This document shows, piece after piece, positions 7,545-15,686 of a stretch of DNA of 17,553 nt; the stretch's first letter is position 1, and the number at the start of each line of letters is the position of its first letter. Source of the stretch: Bacteriovoracia bacterium (lineage in GTDB: Bacteria > Bdellovibrionota > Bacteriovoracia > Bacteriovoracales > Bacteriovoracaceae). Below the pieces are notes generated by a model. The model was not told the DNA's origin. It ran no database searches and was given only the letters and a program-made list of their open reading frames with translations. Both the position numbers and the translations under genes were made by a program. The stretch lies in assembly GCA_046570105.1 (NCBI GenBank), contig JBKHVI010000053.1, positions 1-17,553 of the forward strand. The letters are read 5' to 3'.

Positions 7545-8615
7545 TTAATACTTTGTCGCAGCTTCGTAAATGTCTTCAAGCACTGACCATTCACCCGTGA
7601 ATGCAGTTTTTCCACGGAACCAGATAAAGTCTGGACGCTCCCATGAAATCCACTCACCACCTACAATGCGGCCCTGAGCATCGAGTTCAACAGTGTACTC
7701 ATATTCTCTATGCTCATAGAGTTGTTTGTCAGTTGAGAGTACTGGTTCCCACTCTGGATCAATTTCACTGCCGTAGAACATTTTTGTGCGAATCTGTACT
7801 TCAGTCACAGCACCGCGTGCCGCACGAGAAGAAGCTCCACGAGTTCCTACGATTTCCGACTCAAAACTTGTGATCGGCTGGTTCCAGACTTCTTTTAAGC
7901 GTTCAACATCGGCCAAGAAACCTACGCGTTCAAGTCCAAGCTTGTTAGACATAATGATATGGAAAGCACCTGCGTTCACATCATCGCCACAGCCACGAGC
8001 AAAGACTCTAAGGCCAGTGCCAAGGAAGCAACGAAGGCCAACTTGTTGAGTAGGAGCTTCAACATGGTAAGCGTAGTAGAAAGAGAGAAGAGCTTTCACG
8101 TCACTTGAGCCGAATGGAATTTTCAGGCCATCAGCATTTGTCAGTGTCACGGGCTTTGGTTCTTTCAAATTTAATGAAGCGGGTGCCCAACCATTACAAA
8201 TTCCCGCCCAGTCTTTCGCTAAAGGATTCGCGTTGCCATCCACACGTTTCACGAGAGGGAAGTCATAGCGACCACGGAAAAGATCAAATTTCTCAGTGGG
8301 GGCCAATTGTGAAAGTTCTTTTTCACTCATGGTGCGAGCAACTGCAAGCGTTGGTGACACAAGATTAAAACCCGGCTGTCCTGGAGCATTCCAGCGACGG
8401 TTGATTGAACCTTTCTGTGTGGGCCAGTAATCATCTGACCAGCCTGTGTGTGGAATATCGTGGTGACCAGTCAGTGGCAATTTCTCAAAACGATGTTCAA
8501 GGTTACGAGAAACGATGTTGGGGCTGGAGTGGCCAGGCCAATTTTCTTTCTCTACTTGTGCCAGAGCGAATGAGCTCGTGAGGGCCAGTACGGCCACGAG
8601 GGCGGCGTTTTTCAT
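7545..8615 (-). CDS. Secreted transglutaminase-elicitor (Phytophthora GP42-like) family protein (356 aa)
   Basis: Signal peptide (ALA-Q). Ordered motifs WSDDYWP, APTEKFD, WAGICNGW, DVKALLS, DVNAGAFH, VWNQP, YTVELDAQGRIVGGEW and PDFIW parallel GP42 motifs as recalled. SD AAGGGAG upstream. Confidence 0.8.
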   Translation of the reverse strand: MKNAALVAVLALTSSFALAQVEKENWPGHSSPNIVSRNLEHRFEKLPLTGHHDIPHTGWSDDYWPTQKGSINRRWNAPGQPGFNLVSPTLAVARTMSEKELSQLAPTEKFDLFRGRYDFPLVKRVDGNANPLAKDWAGICNGWAPASLNLKEPKPVTLTNADGLKIPFGSSDVKALLSFYYAYHVEAPTQQVGLRCFLGTGLRVFARGCGDDVNAGAFHIIMSNKLGLERVGFLADVERLKEVWNQPITSFESEIVGTRGASSRAARGAVTEVQIRTKMFYGSEIDPEWEPVLSTDKQLYEHREYEYTVELDAQGRIVGGEWISWERPDFIWFRGKTAFTGEWSVLEDIYEAATKY

Positions 8616-8625
8616 GGGGGAGTCT

Positions 8626-8705
8626 CCCTTAAGGTTTATGTCTTAAGGGGCTTTTAGCCAGGCCTGAGACACCTCGTCAAACGAGGAATTTCAGGCCTGT
8701 AAAAG
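8626..8705 (-). promoter_or_regulatory. Two tandem inverted repeats in the intergenic region upstream of the transglutaminase-like gene
   Basis: CCCTTAAG-8nt-CTTAAGGG (8626-8649) overlaps the SD. CTTTTA-gc-CAGGCCTGA-gaca-CCTCGT-caa-ACGAGG-aatt-TCAGGCCTG-TAAAAG spans 8651-8705. Function unknown. Confidence 0.5.
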
Positions 8706-8721
8706 GTCGCGCGGCATCGCG

Positions 8722-11700
8722 TTAGTCAAGCGTAAAGAGGCGAAGTCCTTCGCTAGCCTTGAACTCCCAGACAGGTGGAGTCTCAGGTAGTGGTTGCCCA
8801 GAAATATGTGCTCCCAAAATAGCCATTACACGTGCCTCTTGAGCTGGGTCATCCATATCTGCAACCCAAATCGAGCGAGCGTCTGAGTCAGTGGTTCCAT
8901 CCCAGGTACTAAAATCGGCGTAGCCCATGGATGCTTCGCTGACATATGTTCCCGCCAGTTCAGCAGGACTATATGAAATTATGCCGGTGCTCGCGCCTAG
9001 AACACCACAGGCGCTAGATATGGTTACTGTATCTGTTGGGCCAGTTGAATAAGCTGTTACGCGATATTGTTGTTGGTCGACTGTTGCAATGAAATTAGTT
9101 GGATCTGTTCCAAGGGTAGTGAACCAATTACCAGCTGCAACGTATGTACCAAAGAGAAGATCACAGCTTCCTGAAGTACCGAATGAATCACTTGAGGTAG
9201 GATCAGGAAGTTCGGCGTAGCGACTGTAAACGACTGAACCAATCGTACCCGTGTTGCTGCCAGTCACGACATAAACAGGTCGAGGATCACCCGAACTTAA
9301 TTGAATTTCAGCGTTAGAATAAACTCTTCGAATGAGACCTTCGTTTGAATAGGAAATACCATAAGCTGATAGTGAGCTACCAAAATAGCGGGCCTCATCG
9401 AGAATCACGTCTTCAATAATTCCTGCCGGACGATTGATTTGAGTGATGAGGGCATTATAATTACCTGAAGTCGATTGATCATCACGCATTTCAATACTAA
9501 TTTCGGAGCGATAAATTTTGCCAAAGTTTTCCGAAACAACACCACCAACTGAATAAAGATAATCGGCAGCATCTGATCTGATCGAACCATTAAGTTCTAG
9601 ACCTTCGATCTTACCGTAGTTGGTTTGTGAAACGCCTCCGACATAACCTCCTGCTGCCACCATATCGATTTCGAGTTCAGAATTAAGTATGCGACCAGTT
9701 GAAGTAATATTGTTAGCGATTGCTCCGCCTGACTTGTCTGATTTCCAGCGAAGTCCATACACTTCTACTTTGTCTAATGTTCCAGAAAGCTCGCCTGTAA
9801 TAAGAGCGGTGGTGCCTGAACCTGGTGAACCATAAGCGCTGTTTACTTTGGATCCCAAAAACGCCAAATTACGAATTGTGCCAGAGACTCCATCAAACCA
9901 AGCGATGTCATCACCGCTGCCACCTTGAAGTTTCATTCCAACAATTCCTAAGCCATTACCATTAATTGAGCCACTAAATATCACCGGCCATGAAGCAGTG
10001 ATATCAAGTCCATCGATAAGGCCCTCGAGGCGATAATGGCGCGTAGGATATGTTTGAATCGCCGCCAGCTGTGTTGGGTTACAAAGTAGAATTGGATTAG
10101 TGGTTGATGAACCGCGCCCGGCCGTAATTTGTGCAGCTACTGTTGCAGAAGCATTATTTAAACGACAAGGGTGAGTAGGAGCTTCCACACTGAGGCGAGG
10201 AAGATCATTGGCCACAAGACTAAAACTTCCGCCCAAGCCGGCCAAGGTTGTACCATCATAGGCCTGTGCTGATGTAATTGGATTTCCGAAGTTAGTGGCA
10301 GTCGTACTAGCGTATCCATGTTCCAAATATGAAACGTTGATGAAATCGCCGGCAACACTTCCAGTAGTCGAGCCTAAAATTTGACCGATTTCGCAGGTTG
10401 TGTTGCCAACGCTACACTCGGCAATTATCCGTCCTGCAAAATAGGCATTGGTAACAGTGTGAGTACCACTCGTTCCTGAAAAGTACCCAAATAATCCACC
10501 GAGGTTAAATCCAATCGAAGATGCCGGGCGAGTAGAATATATCCCTGCATGGGCATATGAATTGCTGATAGTTGTCCCAACGGAGTTACCTATTAATCCA
10601 CCTAGTAGATTGTCTCCACTGATATAACCTTCAAAGCGAGAATTTGAGATGGTGGGACTCACGGTGTTTCCGGCAATTCCACCCACTTGATTTTCTCGTG
10701 CTTCAACTGTGCCACTGGCAAATAGATAGCTAGCGGTCACGGAGTCCATTGTTCCAGCAATCCCTCCGGCATTGACTCGATCTGCACGAATAAAACTACG
10801 TCGGCTACTGATGTTTGTTAATGTCGCGTTGAAGATGCTACCAAACACTCCACCAGCATTTTCGCCATACAGATTGCTTCCATCATCGCGCGCTTCGATA
10901 TCAGCATTTGTGACTTCAATTCCACTGAATGTTCCGTTGCTGGTTGAAGAGCCGACCAAGGCTCCCACATATGAACGTCCAGAAATTTCGGATTTCAATA
11001 GTTTGAGATTTCGTATCCCACCCGAACCAGTCATGATTCCAAACATTCCAACATAGTCGAGATCTTCTAAGCGAATGCGCATGCCGGTTACGCTGTGATT
11101 ATTTCCATCAAAACTTCCGGAAAAATCTGTTCCTGCAGAGACACCACAATCAGCTGTATTTTTCCCAATCGGCAAGAAGTTGCTTCCTTCTTCCAGACAA
11201 GAAAAATATGTCTCAGTTCCTTGAGTAGTAAGGCCTTTGGAGAATGGATTTAAGTTTACATCAGCGAGTAGCTTGAAGTGCATGATCGGACTTGTTACTG
11301 GCAATTTCAAAAACTGCGCGCCTGAGCAAATGAGATAAGGGCGTTCTGCCGTACCCATTCCACCCGCATATGGAGCACCAGTCGAACCGGTAGCGCGACC
11401 ATTGCACATATCTGCTTCACTGATTTGGATATAAACCTTGCTTCGACCTGTACCGGTTGGTTCAACTACATATTTTAAGCGAGGTTGTTGAGATTGAAGC
11501 CCATGAGGAAGTTCAACCGTGATAGCACCTTTTTTATCGCCTGGAGAAGTTGCGCCTTCACAATCTGTAGACTGAACATAAACATCCATGGTGATGTGAA
11601 ATGGAGTCGTATTACCAACTCCAACAGGGATACCAGGCATCTCTGAAGTCACACCACTATGAAGGGGAGTTGCTGGAGAGCTATTACCGTCTAGACAATA

Positions 11701-12309
11701 GCTAGCAATTTCGTCTGTAAGAAAAGCAGTCGCTCCACCTCTGCGATCGAAAGAGCGCAGGCGATAACGATAAGAAGTGCCGTGCCCTTTAGCCGCTTTG
11801 CGAGTGATGTCGGTTGTGTCATCAGTGCATTTATCAGTGTGTGAAGTGACAGAGCTAGGAGATGTGCTACACCATTCAACTTTAGCAGGGGGTATTGAGA
11901 TACTTGGTGTTGTTCCATGAATGTTATTTCCAAAAACAGGATCAGTACAATTAGCGTTGGTGAGATTAAGATTTACAGCAACAGGTTCTCCCGCAAGACT
12001 GATAGCAGATTTGGCACAGCGAGGTTTTCCTGTGAAGTTACCAGTCACGATCTCCCATGACATTGCATAAAAAGTCCAAGAACCATTTTTCAGATCTAGG
12101 TTAATTGTGTCGACGCCAATCATTGAACGGCCAAAAGCATGGCCATCAGGTCCTTGGCCCCACACCATCAAACCACCTGCAGTGTAAGTTCCGTTTAGTG
12201 CGGCCCCACCAAAAATAAAATTGCTGGAAACTTTTAACTTGGTTGATGTCGTGCTTTTAGAACACGCCACAAACATCAGTAGAGGAATCAGGAGCAGGAG
12301 GTTTTTCAT
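8722..12309 (-). CDS. Large surface lipoprotein with two GLUG-motif beta-helix modules, putative adhesin (1195 aa)
   Basis: SD AAGGGT, ATG at 12309. MKNLLLLIPLLMFVA-C lipobox with Ser at +2. GMGTAERPYLIC...FKLLADVNL...FSGSFDGNNHSV...VGMFG is followed by GLUG-like repeats (VGALVG, AGGIAG, VGGIAG, LGGLIG, LGGLFG). A second module begins GRGSSTTNPILLC. G/S/T-rich. Confidence 0.85.
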   Translation of the reverse strand: MKNLLLLIPLLMFVACSKSTTSTKLKVSSNFIFGGAALNGTYTAGGLMVWGQGPDGHAFGRSMIGVDTINLDLKNGSWTFYAMSWEIVTGNFTGKPRCAKSAISLAGEPVAVNLNLTNANCTDPVFGNNIHGTTPSISIPPAKVEWCSTSPSSVTSHTDKCTDDTTDITRKAAKGHGTSYRYRLRSFDRRGGATAFLTDEIASYCLDGNSSPATPLHSGVTSEMPGIPVGVGNTTPFHITMDVYVQSTDCEGATSPGDKKGAITVELPHGLQSQQPRLKYVVEPTGTGRSKVYIQISEADMCNGRATGSTGAPYAGGMGTAERPYLICSGAQFLKLPVTSPIMHFKLLADVNLNPFSKGLTTQGTETYFSCLEEGSNFLPIGKNTADCGVSAGTDFSGSFDGNNHSVTGMRIRLEDLDYVGMFGIMTGSGGIRNLKLLKSEISGRSYVGALVGSSTSNGTFSGIEVTNADIEARDDGSNLYGENAGGVFGSIFNATLTNISSRRSFIRADRVNAGGIAGTMDSVTASYLFASGTVEARENQVGGIAGNTVSPTISNSRFEGYISGDNLLGGLIGNSVGTTISNSYAHAGIYSTRPASSIGFNLGGLFGYFSGTSGTHTVTNAYFAGRIIAECSVGNTTCEIGQILGSTTGSVAGDFINVSYLEHGYASTTATNFGNPITSAQAYDGTTLAGLGGSFSLVANDLPRLSVEAPTHPCRLNNASATVAAQITAGRGSSTTNPILLCNPTQLAAIQTYPTRHYRLEGLIDGLDITASWPVIFSGSINGNGLGIVGMKLQGGSGDDIAWFDGVSGTIRNLAFLGSKVNSAYGSPGSGTTALITGELSGTLDKVEVYGLRWKSDKSGGAIANNITSTGRILNSELEIDMVAAGGYVGGVSQTNYGKIEGLELNGSIRSDAADYLYSVGGVVSENFGKIYRSEISIEMRDDQSTSGNYNALITQINRPAGIIEDVILDEARYFGSSLSAYGISYSNEGLIRRVYSNAEIQLSSGDPRPVYVVTGSNTGTIGSVVYSRYAELPDPTSSDSFGTSGSCDLLFGTYVAAGNWFTTLGTDPTNFIATVDQQQYRVTAYSTGPTDTVTISSACGVLGASTGIISYSPAELAGTYVSEASMGYADFSTWDGTTDSDARSIWVADMDDPAQEARVMAILGAHISGQPLPETPPVWEFKASEGLRLFTLD

Positions 12310-12367
12310 ATACAGCACCCTTAAATAATCAACATACGAACAAGCTCTTCTCGGTTACTTAGGTCTT

Positions 12368-12377
12368 TATAATTATA
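12368..12377. promoter_or_regulatory. Palindromic TATAATTATA, a candidate -10 element for the large lipoprotein gene
   Basis: Perfect TATAAT on both strands, about 60 nt upstream of ATG 12309. No convincing -35 element. Confidence 0.35.
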
Positions 12378-12644
12378 GAAAACATCTCAACCAGATTGAT
12401 CGGAAAAGCCCGCTTAGTAGTGTGCTTAGGGGGTTAGCCGATTTGCCGCAAAAAACTATTCAACTGGGCTTTGGAAAAGTGCCCAACAGAGCTGTCAGTC
12501 TTGGGCCATTCTTTTAGTAAAATTAGATAGTTCAAGAGCTAATCCTAGTAAGGATTTAGGCCTAAAAAGAACCGTGGAAATCACGAATAGGGCTGGCAAA
12601 TTCTGCAGCTTAGAAAGCTTTGGGGGAGATCGAGTTCAAGGCCC

Positions 12645-12650
12645 TATAAT
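12645..12650 (+). promoter_or_regulatory. Candidate -10 element for the FecR-domain/TPR-barrel operon
   Basis: Perfect TATAAT 42 nt before ATG 12693, bracketed by the inverted repeat AAGGCCC (12638-12644) / GGGCCTT (12662-12668). No good -35 element. Confidence 0.4.
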
Positions 12651-12692
12651 GTATATGGTCTGGGCCTTTGCGTCCAAAGAAAGGGATGTTTT

Positions 12693-14003
12693 ATGCGTAC
12701 ATTATTCGTGGTTCTTCTCCTTATATCTTCGACAGCTTTTGCTCAGTCAAAAGTTGCGATCATTAAGATGATTAGAGGTGATGCAACGATGAGTGAGAAT
12801 GGGAAAACTGTACAGTTAAAAGCTGAGCAGTTGATTCCATCTGGTGTGATTGTGAAGACAGCTGAAAAATCATTCGTACGTTTAGTTTTTATTGATAAAT
12901 CAGTCATGAATATTGGACCGAGTTCAGAGATGAAAATTGAACAATTCGGCGGCGGTGATGCCGGTGTGATTGATCTTGTTAAAGGTAAAATTCGCTCACA
13001 AGTTTCCAAAGATTATCTGCAACAAAAAGACAAAGATAAGTCGAAGATGTTTATTAAAACTCCTAATGCCGTTATGGGTATTCGTGGTACTGACTTCATG
13101 ATTTCAACCAACGGTATCAATTCATCTGCGGTTCTGTTTGAAGGTGAGGTCGTTTTCAATAAAGTGGCGAATGCAGCGATGAGAGAGATTTCAACGAATG
13201 CACTTGAAGCTGCAGTTGATCGTGGTGTGCGCATTTTCCCTGGTGAATTCTCAGTGGTAGAGGCCAATCGCCCAAATCCAACTGTTCCAGCTGTCTTGAA
13301 CGTTCAGCAAATTGAGAAGCTTGAAAAGAACCAAGACTTTAGCCAAGATCGAGGCCCTAGTGATCAAGGGGCTCAAGCTGCTACAAAGTCGGTCGTGCCT
13401 GGTGGTTTATCAGGAGACAAGGTCGCAAGCCAACCTTCACTTGATCAGGAACTAGGCCAAGTCGGCGTTGCCGCTTCTGGAGTTGCCAACACCGAAGTTA
13501 AATCAATTGATATTGCCAAAGGATTTGAGCAAGGTGATCAGATTAAACCAACCAACGGTGCCCTGCTACACGTTGAATCTGGTGTTATTATTCCACCATC
13601 GAGTGATGCGGTGTATGATCCAAACACTAATACCTTCGTTCCTACTTCAGAGGTAGGTACTGTTGCGGCCAGTGGTGATTATGTTCCGCCGAAGGACACC
13701 ACCATTACTGATGAAGGTAAGATCTATCGTCTGGTAGGTGGCGGTGGTGGCAAGCCTCCATCTCTTGTGCCAGTTCCTATACCATATCCGCGGATGGTTC
13801 CAAATGGAACGCCTTTTCCTACTCCGGACTTTGGAGGACCAAAACCAATACCACCTGTCGGAGGATCACCGGAGCTGCTACCACCTGATTATGTCCCACC
13901 TGTTTCTGTGAACCTTTGTACGAGTTGTCCGGTAAATCCTAGCCTTGGTGCTGGTAGCACGAGCACTAAAGTGAATGTAAATCCCACTATTGGTGATCCG
14001 TAA
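12693..14003 (+). CDS. Secreted FecR-domain protein with Pro/Gly-rich C-terminal tail (436 aa)
   Basis: SD AAGGGA at 12681-12686. Signal peptide (AFA-Q). FecR-type VKTAEKSFVRLVFIDKSVMNIGPSSEMKI, LVKGKI, IKTPNAVMGIRGTDF and VLFEGEV. Pro-rich tail ending with CTSC. Confidence 0.85.
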   Translation: MRTLFVVLLLISSTAFAQSKVAIIKMIRGDATMSENGKTVQLKAEQLIPSGVIVKTAEKSFVRLVFIDKSVMNIGPSSEMKIEQFGGGDAGVIDLVKGKIRSQVSKDYLQQKDKDKSKMFIKTPNAVMGIRGTDFMISTNGINSSAVLFEGEVVFNKVANAAMREISTNALEAAVDRGVRIFPGEFSVVEANRPNPTVPAVLNVQQIEKLEKNQDFSQDRGPSDQGAQAATKSVVPGGLSGDKVASQPSLDQELGQVGVAASGVANTEVKSIDIAKGFEQGDQIKPTNGALLHVESGVIIPPSSDAVYDPNTNTFVPTSEVGTVAASGDYVPPKDTTITDEGKIYRLVGGGGGKPPSLVPVPIPYPRMVPNGTPFPTPDFGGPKPIPPVGGSPELLPPDYVPPVSVNLCTSCPVNPSLGAGSTSTKVNVNPTIGDP

Positions 14004-14017
14004 AAATCTGTTAGACT
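13990..14017 (+). promoter_or_regulatory. Possible internal promoter for the TPR/beta-barrel gene
   Basis: TTGGTG (13990-13995), 16 nt, TAGACT (14012-14017), with an extended -10 TG at 14009-14010. Confidence 0.3.
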
Positions 14018-14054
14018 AAGAGCTGACGTTTTATTCTAACGATCAAGGATGGCC

Positions 14055-15686
14055 ATGAGGCTCATGTTGTTGTTGGGCGCACTGATAGCGCCGCTGTATC
14101 TTTTCGCACAAGAAATTCCGGCTGAAGTCGCAAGTGGAAATGCCAAGTTCAACACAGAACTCAAGCGCGCCCGTGATTTTTTTAATGAAGGTAAGTATTC
14201 TGCTACTCGTGAATCACTCAATGTTCTTGATGGGACATTAAAAAACCAAGGTGGAAATAAAGCTCTGTTGGGCCTCGTGGCTTATTGGACAGGGATCACC
14301 GCTAATCGTCAGCAAGAATATTCTGAATCCATTCCAGCATTTGAGCGCGCTCTCACAATGGATTATAAACCTAAAGATATTTTTTACGAATACGGGCAAG
14401 CGCTTTATGCTGCGGAAAAACTCGCTGAAGCAAGAAACGCCTTTCGTGAATCTTTGAAGCGCGGACACAAACGTGCCGTCAGTTTGTATTACATCGGCTT
14501 TATCTCACAGACGCTGAAAGATAATAAAAAAGCCGTCACATTCTATCGAGCGATTCAAAGGCTGCCTAAAGCTGAACAAGAAGATACTGTGCAAGCAGCC
14601 GAGATGCAGATTGGGGACATCTATCTTGAGCAAGCAGAGAAACATCCCGATGCTTTTAAAGTAGTTCAAACTTATGTGATTCCTCAGTATCAAGCTGCGA
14701 TTGAGATTAATCCGGATTCAAGTTTAGTTCCTGATATTAAGGCAAAGATTATTGAGCTTCAGCAGAAGTATGAGTTAGTGCTTTTTAGGATGAGAAATGG
14801 TCGCCCGACCAGTATCCCTCCTTACTTTTTACGATTTGTTCAAGACATCACCTACGATACGAATCCAGTTTTTGCTGCTGAAGAAACAACTAACAGTGAA
14901 GCCAAGCAAGGTTCACTTGTTTCTAAAACAGAAGCTTTTGGACGTTACTCATACTACTACAAAAATGTCATGAGCTTTTCACCAGAGATGCGTTTAAGTT
15001 ATACGCGACATCTCAAACGAGAAGAGGAGATTTATCGAAATGACAGCTGGTTTGTAATGCCGGCATTACGTACGAGCTATGAACATACCGTAGGAAAAAA
15101 ACCGGGATCATTTTTAGTCGACTATGATTATGTTTATTCGAATCGTGATCGCGATGCGGAAGAAGAATTGAAATTCAATTCTAGAGTCCAAACTTTAATG
15201 CTTGGTGAAAGAATTGTGGGACTCATTGGAAATGGTGAGACTACTTTTAGAATTCGTACTCGTACATTTGAAAGCTTTGCAGAGACATCGAATTCTAAAA
15301 CAAATGGTATTTCATTTGAACATGTCGCAGCCTCGGAGTCCGGCAAACTGTGGATTTTAACAACAAGTTACGATAAAACGACGGTAGAAAATGAAGAGTT
15401 CAACACTAATATTTTGTTTGTTCGTGGCGATGTGATACTGCCTGCAACGAAGAGCTGGAATTTAACACCTCAGTTTGGTCTAGGTCTTTCATTCACCGAC
15501 CCTGTCAATAACCCTAACCGTGGCAATGAGTTAACCATTAATCCTTCAATGAGAATTTCAAAGCCGATGTGGAAGCGCTATCGTTTAAGTTTTCATGCGG
15601 ATTATATGCAGAACGATTCGAAGGATCGGGATAATTTTGCGTACAAGAAAACCTTCTATGGGCTTGAACTCGAATATATTTTCTAG
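14055..15686 (+). CDS. TPR + outer-membrane beta-barrel protein, SLAM/DUF560 (T11SS)-like architecture (543 aa)
   Basis: SD AAGGA at 14045-14049 favours ATG 14055 over 14049. Signal peptide (LFA-Q). TPR repeats (AYWTG, FYEYGQALY, SLYYIGFI). From about 14823, roughly 14 amphipathic strands start near YDTNP and end in the BAM beta-signal YGLELEYIF. Confidence 0.8.
   Translation: MRLMLLLGALIAPLYLFAQEIPAEVASGNAKFNTELKRARDFFNEGKYSATRESLNVLDGTLKNQGGNKALLGLVAYWTGITANRQQEYSESIPAFERALTMDYKPKDIFYEYGQALYAAEKLAEARNAFRESLKRGHKRAVSLYYIGFISQTLKDNKKAVTFYRAIQRLPKAEQEDTVQAAEMQIGDIYLEQAEKHPDAFKVVQTYVIPQYQAAIEINPDSSLVPDIKAKIIELQQKYELVLFRMRNGRPTSIPPYFLRFVQDITYDTNPVFAAEETTNSEAKQGSLVSKTEAFGRYSYYYKNVMSFSPEMRLSYTRHLKREEEIYRNDSWFVMPALRTSYEHTVGKKPGSFLVDYDYVYSNRDRDAEEELKFNSRVQTLMLGERIVGLIGNGETTFRIRTRTFESFAETSNSKTNGISFEHVAASESGKLWILTTSYDKTTVENEEFNTNILFVRGDVILPATKSWNLTPQFGLGLSFTDPVNNPNRGNELTINPSMRISKPMWKRYRLSFHADYMQNDSKDRDNFAYKKTFYGLELEYIF

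Noticed and set aside
8651..8705. Long hairpin as the intrinsic terminator of the 1195-aa gene, or as a MITE
   Set aside because: No U-tract follows it on the minus strand, there is no target-site duplication, and no second copy occurs in the window. Kept only as an unexplained structure.
12590..12650. GGCAAA...GAAA segment resembling a c-di-GMP-I riboswitch
   Set aside because: It lacks the second GCAAA and the P2 stem pattern, and lies upstream of the candidate -10. An Rfam/Infernal search would settle it.
12574..12771. 65-aa ORF in the divergent region
   Set aside because: GTG start without an SD, overlaps the FecR-domain gene in another frame, and has no motif.
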